Shown here: positions 26,905 through 35,931 of the stretch, piece by piece
Position numbering within the stretch: the stretch's first letter is position 1
Layout: each line of letters opens with the position of its first letter
Assembly (NCBI GenBank): GCA_019683665.1
Contig: JADGIB010000001.1
Location: 1 to 43,771, forward strand
Origin: Solirubrobacteraceae bacterium
GTDB lineage: Bacteria; Actinomycetota; Thermoleophilia; Solirubrobacterales; Solirubrobacteraceae
Reading direction: 5' to 3'
Length of the DNA stretch: 43,771 bases
Made by a program: the position numbers and the translations under genes
The notes under the pieces: generated by a model
The model's database searches: none
Told to the model about the DNA's origin: nothing
Seen by the model: only the letters and a program-made list of their open reading frames with translations

Positions 26905-27969
26905 ATGGAGATGGCGACCGAGACCGCGGGGCCGGTCCACGTACCGGCGGACCGCGCGCCCCAGCAGCTCACCACCGGCGATCGCGTCGCGCTCCTGCGG
27001 TTCATGCTGCTCATGCGCAGCATCGAGGCGCGGGCGCTGACGCTCTACCGACAGGGCAAGGTGCCCGGATCGTTCTACGACGGGTACGGCCAGGAGGCGG
27101 TGTCGGTCGGCGCCGCGTTCGCGATGGCGGCCGAGGACCGGCTGTGCATCCTGCACCGCGACCTCGGCGCGCACCTGGTCCGCGGGGTCGAGCCCGAGCG
27201 CATCCTCGGCCAGTACATGGGCCGCGCCGGCGGCGTGACCGGCGGGCGCGAGGGCAACGTCCACTTCGGCGACGCGTCGCGCGGGTGCGTCGGCATGGTC
27301 TCGATGCTGCCCGACATGATGGTCGTCGCCACCGGCATGGCGATGGCGTTCAAGCTCCGCGGCGAGCGCCGGGCGGCGATCACCTGGTTCGGCGACGGCT
27401 CCACGTCGCGCGGCGACTTCCACGAGGCCCTGAACTGGGCGGCCGTCCAGCGGCTGCCGGTCATCTTCGTCCTCGAGAACAACCAGTACGCGTACTCGAC
27501 GCCGACCGACCGCCAGTTCGCGGTCAACCCGGTCCACCGGGCCGAGTCGTACGGGATGGTCGGCGAGTCGGTCGACGGCAACGACGTCGAGGCGATGTTC
27601 GACGCGGTGCGCCGCGCCCGCGAGCGCGCCGTCGAGGGCGGCGGCCCGACGCTCCTGGAGGCGGTGACGATGCGGATGCACGGCCACGCCGCCCACGACG
27701 ACATGCGCTACGTGCCGCCCGAGCTGCTCGAGGCGTGGGCCGAGCGCGACCCGATCGACCTCCAGGCCGCGCGCGTCGCCGCGCTCGGCGTCGACGTCGA
27801 CGCGCTGCGCGCCGAGGTCGAGGCGGAGGTCGAGGCGGCCGCCGAGGCGGCCCTGGCGATGCCGATGCCGGACCCGGCCACCGCGACCGACGGCGTCTTC
27901 GCCGACGAGGCGGTCCCGCTCGGCGACGGCGACGCCCCCTGGTCGGGCTGGGCGGAGGCCGGGCGATGA
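26905..27969 (+). CDS. 2-oxoacid dehydrogenase E1 alpha subunit (PdhA/BkdA-like)
   Basis: GQEAV, TPP motif GDGSTSRGDFHEALNWA...ENN, RMHGHAAHDD. GGGAG RBS and TAGACT -10 at 26804-26809. Confidence 0.93.
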   Translation: MEMATETAGPVHVPADRAPQQLTTGDRVALLRFMLLMRSIEARALTLYRQGKVPGSFYDGYGQEAVSVGAAFAMAAEDRLCILHRDLGAHLVRGVEPERILGQYMGRAGGVTGGREGNVHFGDASRGCVGMVSMLPDMMVVATGMAMAFKLRGERRAAITWFGDGSTSRGDFHEALNWAAVQRLPVIFVLENNQYAYSTPTDRQFAVNPVHRAESYGMVGESVDGNDVEAMFDAVRRARERAVEGGGPTLLEAVTMRMHGHAAHDDMRYVPPELLEAWAERDPIDLQAARVAALGVDVDALRAEVEAEVEAAAEAALAMPMPDPATATDGVFADEAVPLGDGDAPWSGWAEAGR

Positions 27970-28952
27970 GCGCGGTCGCCGAGTCGACCGGGACGCGGAC
28001 GCTCACCTATCTGCAGGCGATCTCCGACGGCCTGCGCGAGGCGATGCGCGAGGACGAGCGCATCCTCCTCATGGGCGAGGACATCGGCGTCTTCGGCGGC
28101 GCGTTCAAGGTCACCGACGGCTTCATCGACGAGTTCGGGCCCGACCGCGTCATGGACACGCCGCTGGCCGAGGCGGGGATCATCGGGACCGCGGTCGGCG
28201 CCGCCGTCGTCGGGATGCGGCCGGTGTGCGAGATGCAGTTCTCGGACTTCGTCGCCTGCGGCTTCGACCAGCTCGTCAACGTCGCCGGCAAGATGCACTA
28301 CCGCCAGCGGCTGGCGGTGCCGATCGTCGTCCGCCTGCCGACCGGCGGCGGGTTCTCCGGCGGCCCGTTCCACTCCCAGAACCCGGAGGCGTGGTTCATG
28401 CACGCGCCCGGGCTGAAGGTCGTCGCGCCGTCGACGCCCGAGGACGCCAAGGGCCTGCTCATCGCCGCGATCCGCGACCCGAACCCGGTCGTCTTCTGCG
28501 AGCACAAGCACCTCTACCGGCGGGTGAAGGGCGAGGTGCCCGAGGGGCTGTACGAGACGCCGTTCTCGGCCCGGATCGCCCGCGACGGCGACCGCCTCGT
28601 CGTCATCGCCTACGGGGCGATGGTCCACGTCGCGCTCGAGGCGACCGCCGAGCTGGAGGGCGTCCGCGTCCTCGACCTGCGCTCGCTCGTGCCGCTCGAC
28701 GAGGCGGCGATCCTCGAGTCGGTGCGCGCGTGCTCGAAGGTGCTCGTCCTCGACGAGGCCAACGAGACGTGCGCGGCGGGCGCGCAGGTCGCGGCGCTCA
28801 TCGCCGAGAAGGGCTTCGAGGACCTCGACGGCCCGGTGACGCGGGTCGCGACGCCGGACGTGCCGATCCCGTTCTCGCCGCCGCTGGAGCAGGCGGTGCT
28901 GCCGTCCGTGCAGCGCGTGAAGGAGGCGTGCCGTGAGCTCCTCGCCTACTGA
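27966..28952 (+). CDS. 2-oxoacid dehydrogenase E1 beta subunit
   Basis: GEDIGVFGGAFKVT, DTPLAE, EMQFSDF, FHSQNPE, EHKHLY. Confidence 0.94.
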   Translation: MSAVAESTGTRTLTYLQAISDGLREAMREDERILLMGEDIGVFGGAFKVTDGFIDEFGPDRVMDTPLAEAGIIGTAVGAAVVGMRPVCEMQFSDFVACGFDQLVNVAGKMHYRQRLAVPIVVRLPTGGGFSGGPFHSQNPEAWFMHAPGLKVVAPSTPEDAKGLLIAAIRDPNPVVFCEHKHLYRRVKGEVPEGLYETPFSARIARDGDRLVVIAYGAMVHVALEATAELEGVRVLDLRSLVPLDEAAILESVRACSKVLVLDEANETCAAGAQVAALIAEKGFEDLDGPVTRVATPDVPIPFSPPLEQAVLPSVQRVKEACRELLAY

Positions 28953-30126
28953 GCAGGGCACGCTCGTCGACGTGACGATGCCGCAGATGGGCGTCTCCGT
29001 CGCCGAGGGGACGGTCGTCGGCTGGCGCAAGCGCGTCGGCGACTGGGTCGAGCGCGACGAGACCGTGCTCGAGGTCTCGACCGACAAGATCGACACCGAG
29101 GTCCCGTCGCCGGCCAGCGGCCGGCTGGCCGAGATCCTCGCCGAGGTCGGCGAGACGGTCGCGGTCGGGGCGCTGCTGGCCCGCATCGACACCGGCGCCC
29201 GGCCCGGCCAGGCGCACGTGAGCGAGCGCACCGGCGGGCGCTTCTCCCCCGTCGTGCGGCGGATCGCCGCCGAGCACGGGCTCGACCTGTCGCAGATCGA
29301 GGGGACCGGCCGCAACGGGCGGGTGACGAAGCGCGACGTGCTCGCCGCGCTCGAGCGCGGGGACGGCGCCGCCGCGCCGCCGCCGGCGCCGCGCGAGGAG
29401 GAGCCGCCGCTGCACATCGAGTCGCCCTACCGGCCGGATCCCGAGCCGGCCCCCGCCCCGGCGGCGGCGGAGGGGTCGGGGACGCTGTCGCGGATGCGCC
29501 GCGCGATCGGCGAGCACATGAAGCGCTCGCTGCAGACGGCGGCGACGTGCACGACCTGGATGGAGGTCGACTTCTCGCGCGTCGAGGCCGAGCGCCGGCG
29601 GCTGGGGCTGACCGCGCTGCCGTTCGTCGCCCGCGCGACGATCGACGCGCTGCGCGAGCACCCGGCGCTGAACGCGACGCTCGAGGGCGAGGTCTACACC
29701 CGCCACGACGCCGTCCACCTCGGGATCGCCGTCTCGCTCGGCGAGGACGGGCTGATCGTCCCGGTCATCCGCGACGCGCAGGACCTGTCGGCCGAAGGGC
29801 TCGGGCGGGCGATCCGCGACCTGGCGCGCCGCGCGCGGGCCGGGCAGCTGCAGCCCGACGAGGTGCGCGGCGGCACGTTCACGATCACGAACCCCGGCCA
29901 GTACGGGGCGATCATGGCGACGCCGGTCATCAACCAGCCGCAGGTCGGGATCCTCGACCTGGAGGCGGTCGTGAAGCGGCCGGTCGTCGTCGAGGGCCCC
30001 GACGGCGACGCGATCGCGATCCGGCCGATGTGCGTCCTGGGCCTGTCCTGGGACCACCGCGCGCTCGACGGCGTCCAGGCGGCGCAGTTCCTCGGGTCGA
30101 TCCGGCGGCGGCTCGAGTCGCTGTAG
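28933..30126 (+). CDS. Dihydrolipoamide acyltransferase (E2), single lipoyl domain
   Basis: Lipoyl motif EVSTDKIDTEVPSP, E3-binding GTGRNGRVTKRDV, catalytic WDHRALDG. Confidence 0.94.
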   Translation: MSSSPTEQGTLVDVTMPQMGVSVAEGTVVGWRKRVGDWVERDETVLEVSTDKIDTEVPSPASGRLAEILAEVGETVAVGALLARIDTGARPGQAHVSERTGGRFSPVVRRIAAEHGLDLSQIEGTGRNGRVTKRDVLAALERGDGAAAPPPAPREEEPPLHIESPYRPDPEPAPAPAAAEGSGTLSRMRRAIGEHMKRSLQTAATCTTWMEVDFSRVEAERRRLGLTALPFVARATIDALREHPALNATLEGEVYTRHDAVHLGIAVSLGEDGLIVPVIRDAQDLSAEGLGRAIRDLARRARAGQLQPDEVRGGTFTITNPGQYGAIMATPVINQPQVGILDLEAVVKRPVVVEGPDGDAIAIRPMCVLGLSWDHRALDGVQAAQFLGSIRRRLESL

Positions 30127-30135
30127 CCCGGCACG

Positions 30136-30774
30136 CTAGGCGGCCAGGCCGCGGAGGTGCTCGCGCAGGCCGTCGGCGAGCTGCGGCGCGGCGAGCGCCT
30201 GCGCGGCGAGCGCGCGGTCGATGAGGATCGCGTCGGAGACGAGCCGGACGGTGACGCCGTGGCCGGGGCGGTCGACGACCTCGACCGCGTCGCCGGCCCC
30301 GAGCTCGCCCGCCTCGACGATGCGCAGGTAGGCGCCGGGGCGCGAGGCGCGGCCGAAGCGGCGGACCATCGTGCCGTCCTCGAAGCGCAGCCCGAGCTTG
30401 AAGCACGGGATCCGCGGCTGGCAGACCTCCAGCAGCGCCGTGCCGACCCGCCAGCGCTCGCCGACGACCGCGTTCGTGCAGTCGACCCCGGCGGTCGTGA
30501 GGTTCTCGCCGAACATGCCGGGCGGGATCTCCCGGCCGAGCTCGGCCGCCCACCAGTCGGCGTCCTCGCGCGCGTAGGCGTAGACGGCCTTGTCCGGGCC
30601 GCCGTGGACGCGCCAGTCGGTCTGGCGGTCGCCCTCGAGGTTCGCGCCCTCGGCGCGGACGCGTCCCTCGACCGGCGTCTTGACGATGGAGCTGTGGATG
30701 ACCTGGCCGCGCCAGCGGCCCAGCGGGGCGGGGCCGCCGACGTTGACGGACAGGATGCGCGCGCGCTCGGGCAT
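30136..30774 (-). CDS. MOSC domain protein (YiiM-like)
   Basis: GDRQTD..VHGGPDKAVY, FGENLT, QPRIPCFKL, GAYLRI. Confidence 0.9.
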   Translation of the reverse strand: MPERARILSVNVGGPAPLGRWRGQVIHSSIVKTPVEGRVRAEGANLEGDRQTDWRVHGGPDKAVYAYAREDADWWAAELGREIPPGMFGENLTTAGVDCTNAVVGERWRVGTALLEVCQPRIPCFKLGLRFEDGTMVRRFGRASRPGAYLRIVEAGELGAGDAVEVVDRPGHGVTVRLVSDAILIDRALAAQALAAPQLADGLREHLRGLAA

Positions 30775-30788
30775 GCGATCATGGTCGC

Positions 30789-31475
30789 ATGGCCGATCTG
30801 CACGTCGTCAACCTCGGCCTCGTCGAGTACCGCCGCGCGCTGGAGCTGCAGCACCGCTACGCGGAGGCCCGCGCCGCGGACCTCATCCCGGACACGCTGC
30901 TGCTCCTCGAGCACCCGCTCTGCTACACGCGGGGCCGGCGCACCGGGCCCGGCGAGCTGCCCCTGCCGGAGGCGTGGTACCGCGAGCGCGGCATCGACAT
31001 CATCGACGTCGACCGCGGCGGCAAGGTCACCCACCACGCGCCCGGCCAGCTCGTCGGCTACCCGATCATGCGCGTCGAGCGCGCCCGCGACCACGTCGCC
31101 CGGATCGAGCGCGCGCTCGTCGCCGCGCTCGCCGACGAGGGCGTCGAGGCCCGCGGCGGCATGGCGGAGGACGTCGCGCTGACCGGCGTGTGGGTCGGCG
31201 ACGCGAAGATCGCCTCGATCGGCGTCCACGTCTCGCGCGGCGTGACGACACACGGGTTCGCGATCAACCTCGACAACGACCTCGAGCCGTGGAGCTGGAT
31301 CGTGCCCTGCGGGCTGCCGGACTCGCGCACGACCTCGCTGGCCGAGGTGACCGGCCGCACCGGGCTGCTGCCCTGCTTCCGCAAGCGGATCGCCTGGCGC
31401 TTCGCCCAGGAGTGCGGGCTGCGCCAGCGGATCGTCTCCCCGGCGCGCTCGCTGCCGGCGCCGGCCGCGGTCTGA
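30789..31475 (+). CDS. lipB: Lipoyl(octanoyl) transferase
   Basis: LLLEHP.YTRG, DRGGKVTHHAPGQLVGYPI, TGVWV, KIASIG, HGFAIN, IVPCG. Confidence 0.94.
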   Translation: MADLHVVNLGLVEYRRALELQHRYAEARAADLIPDTLLLLEHPLCYTRGRRTGPGELPLPEAWYRERGIDIIDVDRGGKVTHHAPGQLVGYPIMRVERARDHVARIERALVAALADEGVEARGGMAEDVALTGVWVGDAKIASIGVHVSRGVTTHGFAINLDNDLEPWSWIVPCGLPDSRTTSLAEVTGRTGLLPCFRKRIAWRFAQECGLRQRIVSPARSLPAPAAV

Positions 31476-31491
31476 GGGCGGTCCCGGCGTC

Positions 31492-31761
31492 CCGCTCGAA
31501 CGACGCAGGTCGTCGGAGCGGCGCAGGTCAGGCATCGAAGGCGGGCCGGCGGTCACGCCGGTCCGGGCCGCGACGCCAAGCGACCCGCATGCTGGTCCAG
31601 GCGGGGGTGGTCGACTTCAGTCGCGCCATACCGACACAAGGTCGACCACCCCCGGCGTCACGCTCCCGGAGCGGAGCCGCGCAGGAGAACCGCCCGTTCG
31701 CCTTCGCTGCCGAACCCGGCGGTCACGCATCGCCGACGACGTTCGCGTGGAACGCCAAGCG
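31492..31761. repeat. Intergenic palindromic/direct-repeat element
   Basis: 14-bp perfect inverted repeat at 31602-31615 and 31641-31654. Direct repeats CCGGCGGTCACGC (31546, 31716) and ACGCCAAGCG (31573, 31752). Confidence 0.65.
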
Positions 31762-31818
31762 TCGCGCCTGACGGCGATCCTGCACGCGGGCCGGCCCCGC
31801 TGCGCAAGAATGGCGCGG

Positions 31819-33003
31819 ATGCGCTCGCTCGCGATCCTCCGCACCCTTGCGCTGGCCGTCGGACTGGGCCTCGCCGCGCCGGCCGCCGCGACGGCGGCCG
31901 AGCAGCTCGCCGGTCTCACCGAGGACAACCAGATCCTCCTGTTCCGCTCCGACTCGCCCGGCAACCTCCAAGGCGCGCTGGCCGTGACCGGCCTGCAGTC
32001 GGGCGAGACGCTCGTCGGCCTCGGGTGGCTGGAGAGCACCGGGCGCCTCTACGCGCTGGGCTCCACCAACCGCGTGTACGTCGTCAACCCGGTGACGGGC
32101 GCGGCGACCCCGCTGAGCAACACGGCGTTCAGCCCGCCGCTGAACGGCGCGACGTTCGCGTTCGGGATCGACCCGACGACGCTGCAGGCGCGCGCGTACT
32201 CGAGCACCCAGCAGAACCTGCGGATCTCGGTCGCCAACGGGCAGGTCGCCGGCGTCGACGCCCCGTACGCCTACGACCAGGGCGACCCGGGCGCGGGCAC
32301 GACGCCGGTGCTGGGCGCGCTCGCGTACACGACGCCGCCGACCGGCGGCGGGGCCGCGTCGATGTACGCGATCGACACCGACCGCGACGCGCTCGTCACC
32401 TCGCCGACGCTGGCCGCGACCGTGCGCACGATCGGCGAGCTCGGCGTCGCCGCCGAGGGCCCCGTCGGCCTGGCGATCACGAGCGGCGGCACCGCGTTCG
32501 CCGCGCTGCGGCCCGGCAGCGGCGAGCTCCCGCGCCTCTACACGGTCGACCTGACGACCGGGGCGGCGAGCCCGGTCTCGACCGACAGCCGCCGCGCGAC
32601 GATCGCCCACCGCAGCTCGTCGTCGGCGACCGCCGACACCCCGGTCATCGCGCTGACCTCGCTCGGCGAGGTGCCCGACGACACGAGCGACCCGCGCGCC
32701 GTCGTCGCCGTGACGACGAACCCGCGGGCGCGGACGCTCATCAGCCGCGGGCTGCCGTTCACCGTCTCCTGCAACGAGGCGTGCACGGTGTCGGGCACCC
32801 TGCGCGTCGGGCGCCGCAACCAGCGCGCGGTCACCGGCCAGGTGCTGTCGACCGCCGGCTGGGTGCGCCTCACCGCGCGGCTGGACTCGGCCACGAAGGC
32901 GCTCCTGCGCCGCGACGCCACCCAGGGCTTCAGCCTGCGCGTCACCGTCACCGACGCGGCCGGCAACGAGACGCGGATCACGACGAACGGCGCCACCCGC
33001 TGA
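31819..33003 (+). CDS. Secreted DUF4394-like protein with C-terminal beta-rich domain
   Basis: Signal peptide MRSLAILRTLALAVGLGLAAPAAATAA. VTGLQSGETLVG...TGRLYALGST..VY..NP.TGAAT and QNLRI resemble DUF4394. Leaderless AAGAAT-N7-ATG. Confidence 0.72.
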   Translation: MRSLAILRTLALAVGLGLAAPAAATAAEQLAGLTEDNQILLFRSDSPGNLQGALAVTGLQSGETLVGLGWLESTGRLYALGSTNRVYVVNPVTGAATPLSNTAFSPPLNGATFAFGIDPTTLQARAYSSTQQNLRISVANGQVAGVDAPYAYDQGDPGAGTTPVLGALAYTTPPTGGGAASMYAIDTDRDALVTSPTLAATVRTIGELGVAAEGPVGLAITSGGTAFAALRPGSGELPRLYTVDLTTGAASPVSTDSRRATIAHRSSSSATADTPVIALTSLGEVPDDTSDPRAVVAVTTNPRARTLISRGLPFTVSCNEACTVSGTLRVGRRNQRAVTGQVLSTAGWVRLTARLDSATKALLRRDATQGFSLRVTVTDAAGNETRITTNGATR

Positions 33004-33044
33004 CCCGGCCCGGGCCCGCGCCCGCGGCCCGGTACGCTGAGGGC

Positions 33045-34028
33045 GTGGCGGTCGAGCAGCGCAGGCTTCAGACCCGCTCGCGGGCGAACCCGGGCGGCAT
33101 GGACGTCCTCACCGTGCTGGGTCCCGACGTCCGCCCGCTGCGCGAGCGCAAGCCGCGCTGGTTCAAGGTGCCGGCCCCGGGCGGGGCGAAGTACCGCGAG
33201 CTGCGCGCGCTCATGAAGGCCGAGAACCTCCACACGGTCTGCCAGGAGGCGGCCTGCCCGAACGTCGGCGAGTGCTGGGAGCGCGGCACCGCGACGTTCA
33301 TGATCCTCGGTGACACCTGCACGCGCCGCTGCGGGTTCTGCCACGTCAAGACCGGCAAGCCGACCTGGAACGACCCGCTCGAGCCGGCCCGCGTCGCCCG
33401 CTCGATCGCCCGGCTCGGGCTGCGCCACGCGGTCATCACGAGCGTCGACCGCGACGACCTCCCCGACAAGGGCGCGCGCATCTGGGCGGCGACGATCCGC
33501 CAGGTCCGCCGCCAGGCGCCCGGCTGCCAGATCGAGGTCCTGACCCCCGACTTCCAGGGCCAGGAGATGCCCCTGGCCACCGTCATCGCCGAGCGCCCCG
33601 ACGTCTTCAACCACAACGTCGAGGTCGTCCCGCGCCTCTACCCGGTCGCCCGCCGCGGCTCGACCTGGCGGCGGTCGCTGCGCGTCCTGCGCAACGCGAA
33701 GGAGATGGGCGGCGACGCGGTCACCACGAAGTCCGGGCTCATGGTCGGCCTCGGCGAGACGTTCGACGAGATGGTCGCCGCCTTCGAGGATCTCCGCGAG
33801 GCCGGCGTCCAGGTCCTCACCGTCGGCCAGTACCTGCGCCCGACCGAGCGCCACCTGCCCGTCGTGCGCTACTGGCACCCCGACGAGTTCAAGGCGCTCG
33901 AGGAGGCCGCCTACCGGCTCGGCTTCGAGCACATCGCCGCCGGGCCGCTCGTGCGCTCCAGCTACCACGCCGACCAGCACGTGCCCCAGCGCCGGCCCGG
34001 CCACGGACCGGTCGCGGCCACCGCCTGA
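33045..34028 (+). CDS. lipA: Lipoyl synthase
   Basis: CQEAACPNVGEC, CTRRCGFC, TSVDRDDL, GQYLRP, VRSSYHA. Leaderless TACGCT-N6-GTG. Confidence 0.96.
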   Translation: MAVEQRRLQTRSRANPGGMDVLTVLGPDVRPLRERKPRWFKVPAPGGAKYRELRALMKAENLHTVCQEAACPNVGECWERGTATFMILGDTCTRRCGFCHVKTGKPTWNDPLEPARVARSIARLGLRHAVITSVDRDDLPDKGARIWAATIRQVRRQAPGCQIEVLTPDFQGQEMPLATVIAERPDVFNHNVEVVPRLYPVARRGSTWRRSLRVLRNAKEMGGDAVTTKSGLMVGLGETFDEMVAAFEDLREAGVQVLTVGQYLRPTERHLPVVRYWHPDEFKALEEAAYRLGFEHIAAGPLVRSSYHADQHVPQRRPGHGPVAATA

Positions 34029-34056
34029 CCGCCCGTCGCGCCGGTAGGGTCAGCCC

Positions 34057-34626
34057 GTGATCCCGGTGACCGACGACATCCCGCGCGACCGGCTCCCGGT
34101 GGTCACGTTCGCGCTGCTGGCCGCGATCGCCGTCGTCTTCCCGGTCGCCGGGCTGGAGGGCGGGATCGTCGCGGTCCTCGCCGACCTCCTGTTCCTGTGG
34201 CTGCTCGGCCCGACCGTCGAGGACGCGCTCGGCCGGCCGCGCTTCGCGGCCTTCCTCGCCGCCGGCGGCGGGCTGGCCGCGCTCGTCCAGCTCGGGCTCG
34301 GCGGCGACGGGCACGCCGCGATCGCCGGCGCGACCGGCGCGGTCGCCGCCGTCCTCGGCGCCTACGTGCGGCTCTACCCGTGGGGCCGCGTGCTCGCGGT
34401 CGTGCTCGCGGTGCTGTTCTCGACGATCGTCGCCGTGCCGCTGGCCGCCGTCCTCGGCGCCTGGGCGGCGCTCCAGGTCGCGCTCGCCGCGCTCGGCGGG
34501 CCGGCCGCCCTGCTGGCGGCGCAGGCGGTCGCGTTCGCGCTCGGCGCCGCCGCGGCCCGGCCGCTCGCCGTCCAGGTGAAGACGCCCGAGGTGCTCGTGG
34601 CGCGCGGTCGCGCCGCCCTGTCGTGA
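34057..34626 (+). CDS. Rhomboid-fold membrane protein lacking catalytic residues (pseudoprotease)
   Basis: MIPVTDDIP...LLFLWLLGPTVEDALGRPRF...GATGAVAAVLGAY..LYP aligns by eye to rhomboids. GASG is GATG and the catalytic AH is AQ. Confidence 0.72.
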   Translation: MIPVTDDIPRDRLPVVTFALLAAIAVVFPVAGLEGGIVAVLADLLFLWLLGPTVEDALGRPRFAAFLAAGGGLAALVQLGLGGDGHAAIAGATGAVAAVLGAYVRLYPWGRVLAVVLAVLFSTIVAVPLAAVLGAWAALQVALAALGGPAALLAAQAVAFALGAAAARPLAVQVKTPEVLVARGRAALS

Positions 34627-34799
34627 GGACGGCGATCCTCGTGGGCGCGCTCGCCATGATCGCGATCCTCGGAGGCCTGACGATCGCGGTCGCGGTCCGC
34701 AGCGGGCCCGATCCGCTCACCGTCCTGTCGCTCCTCGTCCTCGCGCTCCTCGGCGTCGGCGTCCTCGGCGCGCTGCGCGAGCCCCCGCCGCCCTCGTGA
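34623..34799 (+). CDS. Small two-TM membrane protein (58 aa)
   Basis: GTGA overlaps at both ends. Two hydrophobic helices linked by RSGPD. Confidence 0.7.
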   Translation: MRTAILVGALAMIAILGGLTIAVAVRSGPDPLTVLSLLVLALLGVGVLGALREPPPPS

Positions 34800-35773
34800 G
34801 CCGGACCGCCCGCACCCTGGCCGCCCTCCTCGCGCTCGTCGCCGCGTGCGGCCTGGCCGCATGGGGCTGGTCGCAGCGCGGCGGGGGCGACGGCGCCACG
34901 GCGACGGCCGGGTCGCGGTCGGCGCCGCCGGCCCTGCAGGCCTACAACGGCCCGCCCGAGGCCGAGGTCGTCGCCCGCCGGCCGCTCGACGTCGCGCTCG
35001 CCGCGACCGAGGACGTCGTCCACGTCCGCTTCCGCCGGCCGCCGCGGGCCGGGCTGCTGTTCGACCTCGACACCGGCGAGGTGCTGTGGCGGCGCGAGCC
35101 GGAGCGGGTGCTGCCGATCGCCAGCCTCACGAAGATGATGACCGCGCTCGTCGTCGTCGACCGCGCCGACCCCGACGAGAAGGTGAAGGTCACCCGCCAG
35201 GCGCTCGCCTACGAGGGCTCCGGCATCGGCCTGCTGCCGAAGGGCCGGCGCGTGCCGCTGGAGACGCTGCTGGCCGGCCTGCTCGTCGTCTCCGGCAACG
35301 ACGCCGCGATCGCGCTCGCCCAGCACGTGTCGGGGACCATGCGGCGGTTCGTGGCCGAGATGAACGCGCGGGCGCAGCGGATGGGCCTGGCGTGCACGCG
35401 CTTCGCCCGCCCCGACGGCCTCCAGGACGAGGGCAACCACTCGTGCGCGGCCGACCTCGCCGCGCTCGCCCGGGCCGTGCTCGACGAGCCGCGTCTGGCC
35501 CGGATCGTCCGCCGCCGCCAGGTCGTGCTGCCGTTCCCGATCAAGGGCGGGAAGCTGTGGCTCACCTCCCACAACCCGCTCATCCTCAGCGGCTACCGCG
35601 GCGTGACCGGGATCAAGACCGGCTACACGCGCAAGGCGGGGCGCTGCCTCGTCGCGAGCGCGACCCGCCGCGGGGTGCGCCTCGGCGTCGTGCTGCTCCA
35701 CTCGCCCGACCCGGGCGCGCAGGCGCGCAGGCTCCTCGACCGCGGCTTTGCCGCGATGGCCGCGCGCCGCTGA
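34796..35773 (+). CDS. D-alanyl-D-alanine carboxypeptidase (peptidase S11)
   Basis: SxxK (ASLTK), SGN and KTG motifs, with an N-terminal signal/anchor. Confidence 0.9.
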   Translation: MSRTARTLAALLALVAACGLAAWGWSQRGGGDGATATAGSRSAPPALQAYNGPPEAEVVARRPLDVALAATEDVVHVRFRRPPRAGLLFDLDTGEVLWRREPERVLPIASLTKMMTALVVVDRADPDEKVKVTRQALAYEGSGIGLLPKGRRVPLETLLAGLLVVSGNDAAIALAQHVSGTMRRFVAEMNARAQRMGLACTRFARPDGLQDEGNHSCAADLAALARAVLDEPRLARIVRRRQVVLPFPIKGGKLWLTSHNPLILSGYRGVTGIKTGYTRKAGRCLVASATRRGVRLGVVLLHSPDPGAQARRLLDRGFAAMAARR

Positions 35774-35886
35774 GCCGGAGCGGGAGCGTCGCCCGCCCCT
35801 CGCGGCCCGTGGCGGCGCTGCGGCTCGCCGCCGTGCGGGAGAGCGCGGCCTCTGCAGCCCCGCACGCCGCGCCGGTCGGCATCCCG

Positions 35887-35914
35887 TAGGCTTCGCGCTG
35901 ACTGGCCGGTCAGC
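35887..35914 (+). promoter_or_regulatory. -10 box TAGGCT followed by an 18-bp palindrome (TetR-type operator candidate)
   Basis: TAGGCT at 35887-35892. GCTGACTGGCCGGTCAGC at 35897-35914 (16/18 self-complementary). GGAGG RBS follows. Confidence 0.6.
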
Positions 35915-35931
35915 CAACGGAGGAGGGACGG

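Noticed and set aside
31546-31761. Direct repeats considered as a mini-CRISPR
   Set aside because: There are only two short bipartite copies with irregular spacing and no cas genes.
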